Positions 25,869 to 39,991 are shown, counted from the stretch's first letter. The stretch: DNA of 64,000 nucleotides from Eledone cirrhosa (GCA_964016885.1 OZ024742.1:148490001-148554000); one strand, 5' to 3'. Notes: generated by a model from the letters alone, not told the origin. Numbers and translations: made by a program.

Positions 25869-26510
25869 ATACATACACACAAACTTATAGACATAGATAA
25901 ATACATACATACATACATAAATACATACAGACATATACATACATATAAACATAGATACATACATGCATACATGGTGGCTGCCAACTCGTTTTCGAGTACG
26001 GCCACTACTTTATATCCATGTAGTAGAACCCCTACCGATGCGCTGAAGGAGTGTGACTTTTTAGTCCAGCCAGCGACTTGAAAACTCTGGTACAAACGCT
26101 ACACTTGTCACAATTATTGACACATAGTGCTGGGCCCATGGTACCATGTGATGACAAGTGCAGAGAGATCTCCAGATATAAAGCAATGCCTGCGCCGTGA
26201 AGCTTTTATAGCGAGCAAAGGCAATGCACAAAGCCAGTCCCACTCTCTCAACCAACATGATATTTACCAAAAAGAAGAACAAGTCAACATCATTGGATAC
26301 CATCAGGGTTGCAGGTGTTATATCAGAGTTTTCCTTCTCCTAGAATTCTGCCTTGACAAAGGCTAAGGGGTCATCTCTCCCGGTGATTTTGGATGGCCAT
26401 TGACTCTTAAGAGCTCCTTTGCCTTTTGCATACATACATACATTCATACATGCATACATTCATACATACATACATACATACATACATACATACATACATA
26501 CATACATACA

Positions 26511-26541
<31 letters not shown>

Positions 26542-27484
26542 GAGTCATGTGGAAGGAAACGTATATGAAACGTCTTTGAAATGTTTTGTAATTCATCAAT
26601 GTACAGTTAAACGACTGAGTTTGAGGGAAGCGGGTTAATTTGGTTCGTTCTTTCCAAGATTGTATGCAAATAAGTGGCTACATAATCTAGTGCACCTATA
26701 ATAATTGTTTCTACGTTAGGCACAAAGCCAGCAATTACCCAGTGCACCTATAATAATATGCACAAATGTGTATATGTATATATGCATCTATGTATGTAGG
26801 TATGTATGTATGCATGTATGAATGTATGCATGTATGAATGTATGTATGTATGCATCTATGTATGTATGCATCTATGTATGAATGAATTTATGTATGTATG
26901 CATGCATGTATGTATGCATGTATGCATGCATGTATGTATGCATGTATGTATGCATCTATGTATGTATTCATGTATGTATGCATGTATGTATGTCCTTCAC
27001 TCCCAGTGGTTTAACCGCGCGATACATGTGTATATATACATATTTACACACTTTCAGATGGCCGTTGACTCTTATGAGTTCTTCCGCCCTTTGTCAGGTT
27101 TTGTTTTTTGTTCTGCAGGGTGTCCAAAATCTTCTTGGAGAAGGCAACTCAAGAAACTGGGATAACTTCGACATAAAACCTGCGGCTCAGTAGTTACCGA
27201 TGATGTTGATCTTTTCTTCTTTTCGGGTTATAGCTACTGTCGCTCAGAGAGTGGGATTGGCTCAGTGCACAGTCTTTTCTCACTTTAAAAAGTATCTTCA
27301 TGTACAGGCATTGCACGATAGAATTAATTAATAATTTTAAATAATGCTATATCGTGCAATGGCCATACTCGATGACGAGGGGCCAGCCATCATGTATGTA
27401 TGTATGTATGTATGTATGTATGTATGTATGTATGTATGTATGTGTTTATGTATGTTTGTATGAATGTATGTATGTATGTATGTG

Positions 27485-27516
<32 letters not shown>

Positions 27517-28756
27517 TGTATGTATGTATGTATGTGTATATGTATGTTTGTATGAATGTATGTATGTATGTATGTATGTATGTATGTGTATATGTATGTT
27601 TGTATGAATGTATGTATGCATGTATGTGTATATGTATGTTTGTTTGTATGTATGTATGTATGTATGTGTATATGTATGTTTGTATGAATGAATGTATGTA
27701 TGTATGTATGTATGTATGTATGTATGTATGTATGTATGTGTGTATGTATGTTTGTATGTATGTATGTATGTATGTATGCATGTATGTATATATGTATGTA
27801 TGTATGTTTATATGTATGTTTGTATGAATGTATGTATGTATGTATGAATGTATTATATATGTATGTATGAATGAATGGATGGGTCGTTGGGTATATGTAT
27901 GGATAAATATATGGCTGGATGAAGGGGGAGGGAAGGTGAGATATATGTATGTACATTGTTGTTGATGCTTATGCTAGTAAAAACCAATATCTACAATGCT
28001 TATTACACGTTTAAAGGGCAAACGTTTAGCGCAGGTTGATGCGTGTATCACATTAGTAGACAAAACATTACTGAAAAGCCGTAAATGCCATTCTATTTCA
28101 AACCTAGTTTGGATTTTTGTTTCATTTTTACAAAGACTGGTAATAATGGCTTTTGGAAACAGGAATGTCATGACTAGCATTTTCAGCTCTTGTAAAATAT
28201 AGAACGAAACAAAGTGCCAACGATAAAACATCTACGTGATCGTTCGCCTTACTAGACATAGTAGCTGTTTTCCTCAAATCACATCCTACCGTTTTAAAAT
28301 GAAGAAGTAAAAATACAGCTCTAGTGTATAATGTATCTAAATAAAGGATAAGATGGTTACAGCTGGAACGCTTTTATCGACTGATCTACTCATCATCACT
28401 ATAGAGCCAAAATATAGTATGGTGTGTTTGTGAAGGGACATGACTTAGTGGTTAGGGTGTTTGGCACACGATCATAAGGTTGTGAGTTTGACTCTAGGAC
28501 CGGACGGCATGTTGTGTCCTCAAGCAAGACTCCTTTATTTTACGTTGCTCCACTCCATTTATTTCACAAAAATGAGTTGTATCTGTAATTCAACTAACCA
28601 ATCTTGTTACACATTGTGTCATGCTGAAACTCCCTGAGACCAATGTTAAGAGTGCGACTATGGAATGCTCAGCCACTTACACGTTAATTTCACGAACAGA
28701 CTTCCGTTGATTGATTCAGCTTGAGCACTCATTGTCCGGATCAAGAGAGGCCCAAC

Positions 28757-28833
<77 letters not shown>

Positions 28834-29677
28834 AAATTCATTACTTGTTAACCTTTTTCGTCCAGGTAGTATCGATTTAGCTGAATTTTTACAGATTAAT
28901 CGCAGTAGAAATTGAAATAAAGGAATATAACATACAAAATAATGAAACACCGCGGAGTGAGTTCAAGTGGTTTACAGATCGGGACTAGAAAAATTTTAGC
29001 AAAATTATCAATGTGTTGTTGCTTTTGAGACCCAGGTCAATATACCTATGATCAAAAGCATTCCAAAAATGACTATTCTCTCTTTTTCATATGTCCAGGA
29101 AACCTAGGACTACAGCCCAACGTCTTGTATTTTAAAGATGTAATTTGAGAGGAGAATTTGACTACTTTTTTCTAGCACGTCGAGCGCTCATATAGATTCT
29201 CCCGTAACACTCGTATAGATAACCATGTGTACATGTATGTGTGTTAAAGTTAACTATAGTCAGATTCCTAGTAGAGTTACCTAAAATAAGCCTGCTCTGC
29301 CATTAATCTCGCCATTACTGCAATTTACACTGAAAAACAATATTGGCCATTCTATTACATAAAATAACCAATATTGAAGAATTCAACTTCGTCATGTGGC
29401 ATTCTTTGAAAGTATAAATTAATATTTATTTGTTAGTAAACGGAGAACGTCCACTGCCCTGCCACCATGGTGAATGTTTTCTCTCATGCGTAGATTAAGC
29501 AGCCAAGTAACTATTTGTAGATCGGCACATTGACGAGTATAAATGCCGTTAGATGTAGCAGCTATATATCACGTCTATCAATTCAACAATAAAGGAGGAA
29601 CAAATATCAAACAGAAAATTATTTGTCACTGATATACACAACATTTCAATAAATGATAGCTGAAATATCATTTAGAG

Positions 29678-29882
29678 TAGGCATGTCAAATATGCGCCTC
29701 TTTACAAGCACACCTGCGACCCGCGCAGCTGGTTTACAGCGCGAGTATGTTTTATCTTCGTAATATAGAATAAAAAAAATTGTAATGTACGCAATTAGTT
29801 GTGTGTGGCTCTCAGACAACACATATATGAGCCATGTGGCCCTCGGGGGGTGGGGGGTGGGGGGCTCAGTTTCACATGCCTA
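29678..29882. mobile_element. hAT-type MITE
   Basis: TIRs TAGGCATGTCAAA and TTTCACATGCCTA. 8-bp TSD atttagag at 29670-29677 and 29883-29890. Confidence 0.88.
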
Positions 29883-30756
29883 ATTTAGAGAATCATGTAG
29901 ACATATATAAAATAACTTATACAGTTAGCTATAAGGAAGTTCCTAGTAGAATGACCTAAATTAAGCCTGCTCTGCTCTACCGTTGATCACGAGATTAACA
30001 GTAGAGCAGACTTATTTCAGGTCGCCCTACTAGGAATCTGCCAACTTTGTATAAGTTACCCTAAATATGTTTATAGAAAAACTCTATTTATGCCAGAGAG
30101 ACCAAAAACAATTTTAGTCTATCTCACTTATATATCGATCTCCCTACCATGGTTTCATTTGTGGAAAAACCAACTATTGGAAAAGATCAATATTTGAAGA
30201 ATTCACAAATTCGTTAGAGGAGTATTCTTCAATTCAAAGAGACCTGATTTATCATAAAATTCCACATCCTGTTGCCGATCCAGCATGCTGTACAAAAACA
30301 CGTAGTGTAATTGAATCGTTATATGAACAAATGCCCTTAATACTAGGACTACGTCACAGGCTTACAATACCGATAGAAATAGCAGCCAAAAGACCGTCTG
30401 ACAGCTCAACAGATCAGGAGCAGCTTAATAAAAATTAAATATTAATTAGTCTCTAATATGTAAACATCTCAATGAAGGGATAAAATATATAGATTAAAAT
30501 ATCAATCGAAGAAGCAATATAACATATTATATATATATGGAGGAAGTTATAGTTCACTTGAAGCATTGTGTAATGAGGTATAAACGTTTGAATTTGTAAA
30601 GCCAAACAATGCAGGTATGGACATAAAATAAAAAATGCGAATGCAAAAGATATTGTTGACAATTAGTCTTTTATCTTAGATTTATTTAAATGTCCTTAAT
30701 TTTCGAGATAATATCTCTTCTTCGGAGGGAAGTAAAGCGGTTAAACCAGTGTTCTA

Positions 30757-31497
30757 ACAGAGGAAGGCAACATCCACACCTGCTTCTATAAAAAAGCCAC
30801 CAGCAGGGACCTCTTCGTACATTTCAGATCGGCCCTCCCAGCCGGCGCTAAGTTCGGATACATAAGGAACGAACTAACACGTATCCGGAACAAATGCACC
30901 GACGCTAGAGCCACATATTTCCTGGAAATACTCAAACTGAACGGATACACGACATCCACCACAAACCGTGCCAGAAAGAACAGAGGACACCACACCCGAG
31001 GCACTAACACTTGCATCCTGAAGCTCCCACACTTCAGTGACGAAACAACAACAGCCATCCGCAGAGCTATCAGACGAGAGGGACTAGATATCCAACTGGC
31101 CCACTCAGAACCTTCTCTACGCGGACAGCTAACCAAAAGACACACCACCAGACATGACAACTGCTGCAGGCTAGCCAACTGCCCCATCAACGACACAGAC
31201 CTATGCCACCAGGCTTACGTCGTATACAGACTAGAGTGCGACAAATGCAGCAACTTCTACATAGGTAGCACCACCAGACCACTCCACATAAGAATAAAAG
31301 AACACGTCAATACTAACGCTTCCTCATTTAAGAAACACCTAGTGAAATGCAAAAACACCGACAAAACCATAACAGTTAGGATAGAAACTAAGGAAAGAAA
31401 CCTCGGCAATCTTAGAATTAAGGAAGCACTAATTATAGACAAAACACAACCACCAATCAATAATAGACTAGAACTCGACACCCAATTTATAACTTGA
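30757..31497 (+). pseudogene. Uninterrupted 246-codon PLE frame (RT C-terminus plus GIY-YIG endonuclease), 5'-truncated, no ATG
   Basis: FYKKATSRDLFVHFRSALP...LKLNGY...CHQAYVVYRLECDKCSNFYIGSTTRPLHIRIKEH...LRIKEALIIDKTQPPINNR..TGA. Not in the ORF track. Confidence 0.88.
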
Positions 31498-31902
31498 TAG
31501 AGCTTCTAGTCCCATACTTACACCCCCCCCCCCCACACACACACACTCACGCACACACGCACACACGCACGCACACACACACACACGCTTACACCTCCAC
31601 TTATTCTCTCTCACACACACACATACACACACAAAGACCAGTTCTAACACGAGATAACATCTATCCCCCACATTTACGTATAGACATATCTTCTTACACT
31701 CACACACACACACTTACACATTCACGCATTCTCCCACACACTTAAACAGACATGTACAAAAATAACCCTTTTAAAGGGAGACTACTCTTTATCCACTTAA
31801 ACTTAACTCTTTGACATTAGAGATAGAACAGATACTCTATACCATTTCCTGTCAGCATGACTTGGCAAGCTATTTAGAACACTGGTTTAACCGTTTTACT
31901 TC

Positions 31903-31937
31903 CCTCCGAAGAAGAGATATTATCTCGAAAATTAAGG
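31903..31937 (+). ncRNA. Variant minimal hammerhead in the PLE pLTR (U4C core)
   Basis: cct-CCGAAGA-a-gagatattatctc-GAAA-att-A-agg. Mirrored in the left arm. Stem I is only 3 bp. Confidence 0.45.
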
Positions 31938-32039
31938 ACATTTAAATAAATCTAAGGTAAAAGCCTAATTGTCAACAATATCTTTCGAATTTTTTATTTT
32001 GTGTCCATACCTGCATTGTTTGGCTTTACAAATTCAAAC

Positions 32040-32135
<96 letters not shown>

Positions 32136-32779
32136 ATAACAAAGTGAAGTTATTTCACCTATTCATATGATTGCTTTACGATCGTTTCGGATAGTTGATC
32201 ACATTGACATATTGACTGATCTATAGCAGTTATATAACTGTATACTATTGATTGATATCTGATATCAGACTCTGTATCGAAGGAAGTAACTCACCAGAAC
32301 AAGGAACCTTTCTATGGATTTCACTGGATTACTCGCTATCAGATTACATTGAGTTCTCTCTACGGTACGGACCCTACCACGAAGGGTAGACCACATAAAA
32401 CACACACACATATATATAGAGAGAGATATAGATATAGATATATAGATATATAATTATTTATACGAGTATGTGGCAGTTGTCAAACTGTTCCGTGACACAG
32501 AATCCATACACCTGGAAACAGATTGAACAGTCGTCAGTGAAATACAAACTGAAGCATTGTTTTTATAAAGTAAATTGATGTGACCCGGTAGAGTTCAGTT
32601 GGATAGTTTACGGTTCAACAATGGATCAGAGTTTTGTTTTAAAATATTGAAGGTAGCATTTAACGTTGATTTTTTTAACTACAAACTGTACTTCATATTC
32701 AGCAGGTTGTAACATTTTTATTTTATACTAAGGAATTGCGTCGACGAAAACATAAAATATTCCCTATGTATACAGTGAG

Positions 32780-33700
32780 TTTGGATTCAGCAACTCCCAT
32801 TAATGGCTCCCAGACAATCTGTTAAAATAAAATAAATCCTGTTGTAAACTACTTGAGAAACTTATCAGCAAGAGAAGAACAAACATTTCTGAAGGTTACA
32901 AGATTCTTCCAAACAGATAATGATTGGTTTCATAAAAGAATATGATTTACTGAGTGGTGTTCAGTTTCTATCCAAATAGATTATGCTGGACACTCACTGT
33001 AGCTGCAGGACATTAAAGAAGGTGTTTAATCAGTATACTGTAAATGTGATATACTTGGATGTTACAAATTGTTTTGATAAAGTTGTTTATAGTATAAGAT
33101 ACCTACATAGTATAAACATAGCAGAAAAACTTGGATAGTGGTTGTATGAGTTTTCAAGGAATAGCAGTTATACTGTTGTTGTTTAATCCCAAGTCGAGCC
33201 TGACTGGTGCGGGGGGGGGGGGGATTTATTTCAAAGACGATTCATCCTCATCTATCTCATCTTTTAATGTAATAGAGACTGTTTTCCAATGTATCTTTCT
33301 TTAAGGTTGAAGGGTATGATTTTAAGAAAATTTGCAATGCTATTTCTTGCAAGACAAGTAACCACTTAGAAGCTCCTTATTTCATTTCAACTAACGATTC
33401 TTTTTTAAAATGTCAGCATTTTTTAATAGAGTTTGAAATAACTGTTGTTGACAACATCTTAATTACTATAGCCTTCATTGCTAACAAATGCGGATGGCAA
33501 CCAAAGTATGAACGGCAGTCAAGAAGTGAGTTTATGTCAAAAGCCCTCCCGAAGAACCTCAATACTAGATACACAAAAGAACTTGAAACATTATGTAATT
33601 CAATGCTATTTCACGCACTTCATCTTAAGCCCCTTAACCGATTGCAAATGGATACACAGGACTAGGAGGGTTTGCACTCGCAGAAACAGAATATGAGCGA
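32780..33700 (+). mobile_element. Highly decayed CR1/L2-type LINE RT fragments
   Basis: NVIYLDVTNCFDKVV resembles the D.IYLDF.KAFDKV motif. Confidence 0.45.
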
Positions 33701-33762
33701 TTGACATTACTATAAAATTATTAGTAATTACGGTTTTTCATCCATAATAATAGCACAATTAG

Positions 33763-33858
<96 letters not shown>

Positions 33859-33898
33859 ATATACACACACACATACACATACAGACACACACACACAC

Positions 33899-33930
<32 letters not shown>

Positions 33931-33949
33931 GCTCACACACACAGACTTG

Positions 33950-35870
33950 AAGATACACGTTTCACCGAACAGATTTTTAACACGTATATGGCTGCGTTGA
34001 AAACGGAAGTGTATATGAGCTGAATGGATTCTGCGTGACAGAAGGCGGTAGTTTAATGACAAGAGAGACAACTCGAATTAGACTGTTGCGAGGAAATCAT
34101 TTTCGTTGGAGTTGATTCATTCCGGGTAAGACTTATGGTTATCCCAGGTCTTTCGAGTCACGTAACATCATGGGGACGGAGGATAAAAAAACCGGCTCTT
34201 GTGTTAAGGCAAGTACTATTACGTAACTTCTGCAAGATATTCATTCTTTCATCAATACACAGCTTACAGAACATTTCCTCCATTTCCGTATGGCCTGAAT
34301 TTGACTAGAACTTTCCATTGAATGAAGAGATTCACGTCTGCATCCTTGAGTGACCATACGTGGCTTGTCAGCTTCGTGGACGATAGCTTATTAGAGTGTC
34401 TAAAGGTCCTCTAATGGTTAAAGCGTTATTTAAACCGGCCATCCGACATACCTACATATATTTTGACCCCCTGATGTTGATTCACTCGAATCGATGTAAT
34501 GTTAGCCTTATAGACGACTGCGGGTATGCTACACTGTTCTTGGAAAGGGCATACATCTGGCCTTCTACAAGACCATCCAGGTGGGAAAGAGCTCTTGGGG
34601 TTGGTGGTGATGTGGGCTTTCATATTTTTAACACAAGGATATCCGAGTTTACCCTGTGTCTATTGAAGATAGGTCTGTATTTATTTCATATGGGGAAGTG
34701 TTTGTCTAAGAGTACTAAGAATTTCCTGCCTGTATTAGTTCTGACTCTGAACGAGAAGGGTGGGCAAAACCAAATTATTTTTTAATTTCTATTTTTCTTT
34801 CTACTGGTAGTGTTATTAGGAGGGGAATAAGAACATTTATCAGAGAAGCCGCTGTTGGCTAACGCAGTGGTATAGTAAGTTGCCGCTCTCTCAAAGATGG
34901 CCTTGCTAGAAGAAAAATTAGAAATCCTAGTGCTGATGTTTTTGAGAGGTTTTTAAAGACCGTAGGTGGGTGGCATGTGTCCATGTGCATATAAGTTAAC
35001 TTTTCAAGTTTGTGGGAAGGTTTGAATGTGTGTGTTCGAAGGTCTCTAGGAAGGTCTCTAGGTGGATGGTTTTTAGATCTTTTCTAAAAAGGTCAAGGTC
35101 GTGACCGCTTTTATGGCTTGATAGTGTCAGCCTGTCGTTGTGGCATAAACCCGTGTGGAATCCCGGGAATTTGACTTACAACGTACCTAATATGTATAAT
35201 CCAACCAAATCACATACACCAGCACTATCGAATGATCCTATTGATACATTGAATAGTTCTGAGGTAGATGATTTTTTGGTCCAAGCTACACCATTACTGA
35301 AGAGGAAGGTTTTTCTGTAGTGTGTAATGATCTGTCTATCTAAGTCATGGGCCGAGGTATATGTATTTGCGAACTCCAACGCTTTATCCAACTGGGTCAC
35401 CAAAATCGATGGGTAGAAGTTCACTATGTCGAACTGGGTGATTTTAGCCTTGTTCGTGCTGAAGGTGTTGAACCATTTCACACCAGAGTCACTGTTTTCC
35501 CACTGGGGCAGGCTGGATTTCTTCCTAATGGTCTTAACTAGTCCTCTAAGAATAGATTTTCTAACTAGCCACGTCTCTGTACGTGCTGGGTTCAACAGTC
35601 TACAAGTGGGGTTAATAGCAAAATCGGCATTGTGAACCTTAAGGGTTAAAAAGTCCTTACGCTTAGCTAATCATTCTAGTTTCTTATCTAAATCAAGGGT
35701 GGAGGCTAGGTGTTTGGCTTCACTATTAATGTTAATGCAAGATGAGAGGCCTGCTTTTTTGTACTTCGACGTTATAGTTTTTCGAGCCAAGCGGTTGTAA
35801 ATAGTTTGGTCAACTTCATAAATGTTGTTGGTTTAATCAGATAGGACGAAAGTATTAGTGGAAGATCTAA
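33950..35870 (-). mobile_element. Naiad-like Penelope-like element, decayed
   Basis: LTLKVHNADFAINPTCRLLNPARTE, QFDIVNFYPSI, IGSFDSAGVCDLVGLYIL, IIWFCPPFS, PAVVYKA..IYVGMSDGRFK. The 3' end lies next to TA/CA repeats. Confidence 0.8.
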
Positions 35871-36148
35871 ATAGATAATCTCATGTTCATATAAATTTTA
35901 TTGAATGCTCTGTTGAATTTGTAATAACCAATATTTTCCTGTAAGAAATACAAATCATCAATGATATATTTATATTAATATATAACTACAAATATAACTG
36001 TCTCTAATACAGTTTATCTCAATACATACATATACATAGATACATACATACTGTTGTACCACATATGTATATAAATAGGCATACATATAAGCATACATGC
36101 ATACATTTACACACACACACACACACACACATACATATATATATATAA

Positions 36149-36179
<31 letters not shown>

Positions 36180-36180
36180 T

Positions 36181-36652
<472 letters not shown>

Positions 36653-37201
36653 AACCTGTGTGTGTGTGGACAATTTTTAATGACGGCTCATATATTCTAA
36701 ACCATTCATGCGATTTCTTTGACATTTTTTACAGAGCTTCTCCTTGCACAAAACCTGTACATGACCTACAAAGGCTTTCAAAAATCGATATTGGGGCCTT
36801 TGGAGACATTAAAAAAGTTTCGGTTATTTGTGTCAATTTTCGTGATTAAGTAAGACAAGAGTTATCTTTCGTCAATACAATAGGAACTCATTTTTGATGT
36901 TGTCAAAAAGTTTGTTTGGGGATTTTTGATTATTACAATTCGGCTCATTCGGACTTTACTCTTTGTACTTGAAACAAAAGGTTTTACTGTTGTCAAAAAA
37001 ATGTATACTGGATTGCTGTTGTTACATGGGATAACGGATGACACCGAGCTCACATATTAATTATTTCGCTGGAGTAGTGCCTAAGCTTTTCATATTTACA
37101 TAAAGTACGTTTTTCTTCTATGTATTCAAATTTACTTTGTTTAGTTTAATGAGCTACATCGAAAGCTACTTGAACCGTCCCAAGGACGGGTACTTTAGCT
37201 A

Positions 37202-37240
<39 letters not shown>

Positions 37241-37242
<2 letters not shown>

Positions 37243-37819
37243 TATGTATACGTACATACATATATGTATACAGACGTACAGTAGTATGTATATATACATA
37301 CATGCACATATATATACATGTACGTATGGATACACCGAACATTTATTATAATTCTCGGTGTGTTTGTAAACAAACATCCCCAATTAAGCCGTACAGTGTC
37401 TAGCAACCATCGTTGCTCATTTGTTCAACATTGACAAAGGAACGCTGTACTAGTTTCAAGCTTATTAGCTATCGTCAGCAACGTATACCTTCCTGCCAGA
37501 TGGTTGAACGTCTGAAAGAATATACTTTCCTTATGCATATTAACGGCTGAGCAGCCTAATTTGCATATCGAGTGAGTTAATCGGCCGGGGTACCAAAAAC
37601 GATAAACGGAAAAAATGAAACGTTTACAAACACACCGAGCATTATAATAAATGTTCGGTAAATCCATACGTACATGTATATATGTGTGCATGTATGTATA
37701 TATATATACATACTACTGTACGTCTATATACATATATGTATGTACGTATACATACTTATATTTAAGTAACAGCCGTACTAAGAGTGAGAAATGAAATTTC
37801 GTTTCATTTTTTCCGTTTA
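37241..37819. mobile_element. Family F3 inverted pair (long - arm 37241-37622, tail-bearing + arm 37623-37819)
   Basis: Direct comparison with 58128-59152. Confidence 0.88.
37442..37484 (-). ncRNA. Minimal type-I hammerhead ribozyme (F3)
   Basis: Reverse complement reads acgttg-CTGACGA-tagctaataagctt-GAAA-CTAG-TA-cagcgt. Confidence 0.88.
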
Positions 37820-38082
37820 TATATATAAATATACCACAATTCCGGTTTGTATTTATTCTCTTGATTTATTCTTAAATTAAGTTTGGCAAACCCGATTGTC
37901 TATAGTTAGTATTCTTTTCACCTAAGCGAATCTGGTCCCTTACGATTTGAACACATATATGTACATATCTGTGTTCGTTTTTCTTTTATATTCAATTATA
38001 TTATACGGCTTGGAAAAATTTCTTTCCTAGAGCTATTTTATTGTAAGAGACTATTTTGAGTTTCTAACTCAATATATACTTT

Positions 38083-38124
<42 letters not shown>

Positions 38125-38147
38125 TTACTTGTCATATATGTATATAT

Positions 38148-38216
<69 letters not shown>

Positions 38217-38219
<3 letters not shown>

Positions 38220-38276
38220 AACGAGTAGGACCCCGACGGCTGAGCTCAAGCCGCTTCGACGGCTAATTCTGGACTA
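38217..38276. mobile_element. Solo F1 arm in (TA)n
   Basis: aggaacgagtaggacccc...aattctggac followed by an A-run. Confidence 0.85.
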
Positions 38277-38433
38277 AAAAAAAAAATATATATATATATA
38301 TATGCACAAGTTTTATTTAAAATTGTTGGGTTACAACGAGTAAATATTTTATAACTGATATAAAGCACTCAACAAGTTTTGTAGTAGATATACGATATTA
38401 AACAAATGGAAACTATATTTATAAAACCATATT

Positions 38434-38499
38434 TATTTCATTATACATATTTCAGGGATACCATATTAAAAATATGGCATGCCTTCTTCAGATAAAATA
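38434..38499 (-). ncRNA. Minimal type-I hammerhead in a tail-bearing element (~38306-38575)
   Basis: Reverse complement reads tattttat-CTGAAGA-aggcatgccatatt(ttt)aatatggtatccct-GAAA-tatgta-TA-atgaaata. Confidence 0.8.
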
Positions 38500-38711
38500 C
38501 AATATATAAGCAGTTTTATAAATAAATTTGACGTACCATAGAATTTTGAACAACTTCCATTTAAAAAAGTTGGTAATATATATATAATATTCAATATAGA
38601 AAATTTTCTATATTAAATATTGTATAAACTCTACTATGTTTTCAGTACCTTACTTAATGTTGTTACACCCGATTGGACCCAGGATATAAATATACATACA
38701 CACACACACAC

Positions 38712-38776
<65 letters not shown>

Positions 38777-38794
38777 GTGTGTATGTGTCTACAG

Positions 38795-38910
38795 ATACCG
38801 TAGATATCAGCAAACTATACCATCGCAACCTAAGTGCAAGCCACATCGTGGTCCCAGCGGACAGAATTGAGAACGCGTTACTCCGAAGGATAGTGAGGGA
38901 GACATATTGA
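38795..38910 (+). other. Possible terminal coding exon of an unidentified host gene
   Basis: ctacAG acceptor followed by a non-repetitive open frame DTVDISKLYHRNLSASHIVVPADRIENALLRRIVRETY*. No recognised homology. Confidence 0.2.
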
Positions 38911-39890
38911 AATAGTCAATGTTTATTTGTTCGGGAAGGTACAAATCATGCCGGTTTTCTAATATTTTTTGTCTTTTTTGCATTAATGTTAAATTCGAGC
39001 TGCAACAGATGACGTTTCTTTTGAATCTGATGACAACACTAGCTTGTTACTTTTGTTTGTATTTCCGATTTGCCTTGTTATTGGATTTCTTTTTTATTCT
39101 AATGAGAACTGCAGCATGTGTTTGTGACAACCGTCACTGTCGTGACACGTTGTATTATCCGGGATTTGTTGTTTCGGCACAGATTTACCGAGGGTTCATT
39201 TGCTTTGCATTCCATGGAACTCAATTTGTTGTTCTCGATAAATGGTTAGAAAATGAGAATGTTTAGTAACATTTCATGGGTCATTGTGTTTCCACTTGTT
39301 ATTTTATTTTATTTTCATGTAGTTTGTCGAGAACAAACTTTGTTGTTCCAGTCAATATCTCAGTCTCACCGTAAGTAATCTCACACGCTAGAAATGAATT
39401 AGGACCAGAATTGTATGAAAATGAAATTAACTAGAATAGTATCTGTGTTTCGACTGATAGATTCGGTTGGTTAGAACCTCAACAACAGTTAACTACTTAT
39501 ACGCGTTGCACTAAAGTGTAAACCAATGCTTGATCGCTTAATATGCTAGAAATAGTAACAAAGCCTTCCTCAAATCACACGTTATCTATTACAAAAAAAA
39601 AAAAATTACATAAGGCAGAATAGTTAGGACTGGAAAATCTTTTATTATAGGTTTATTAGATGAAAATGGAGTTGAGGCTAAATTAGATCAACGTCAACTC
39701 ATACACACCGTTAGAAAAAATGTTTGACAATTTTATTTGGGAAAGAAATGTAAAATGCAATAACGTTTGCATATCAAAACAAAAACGAAAGAGAAAAAAT
39801 AATTAAATAGAATAAAGGAAAAAGTTTGGGGAGCAGCAGACTCTACAATACAATCTAGGCGGTAAAGCTCAGCTGCGCCCCGCGGACAAA

Positions 39891-39991
39891 ATGGCGAGAG
39901 AAGAGAAGAGCCAACGACACCCATGGGACTCCTCCTCTTGGCGGAATGGAGTAAAACATATCTCAACGGCTATGAACACGAAAAAGAAGCG
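39891..39991 (+). CDS. Possible first coding exon of an unidentified host gene
   Basis: Local CpG-rich patch, caaaATGG start context, MAREEKSQRHPWDSSSWRNGVKHISTAMNTKKK(R), then a GTTAGT donor and T-rich intron-like sequence. Confidence 0.3.

Larger units (their letters stand above)
24114..27392. mobile_element. Cluster of (CATA)n-associated non-coding elements with an RTE 5'UTR-like segment (24114-24983, 25013-25502, 25970-26427, 26993-27392)
   Basis: Each has an end catacATG(A/G)TGGCTG. Shared motifs: caatgcctg, cccactctct, tcaacatcat.gga, ccttctcc..aaggcta, gatgg...ttgactct, cagtagcactcaa. Confidence 0.7.
30538..32044 (+). mobile_element. Penelope-like element with inverted pLTR
   Basis: Inverted repeats 30580-30756 and 31875-32044 flank an RT-thumb plus GIY-YIG frame. 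Tail 30538-30579 is on the left arm only. TA runs at both ends. Confidence 0.92.
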
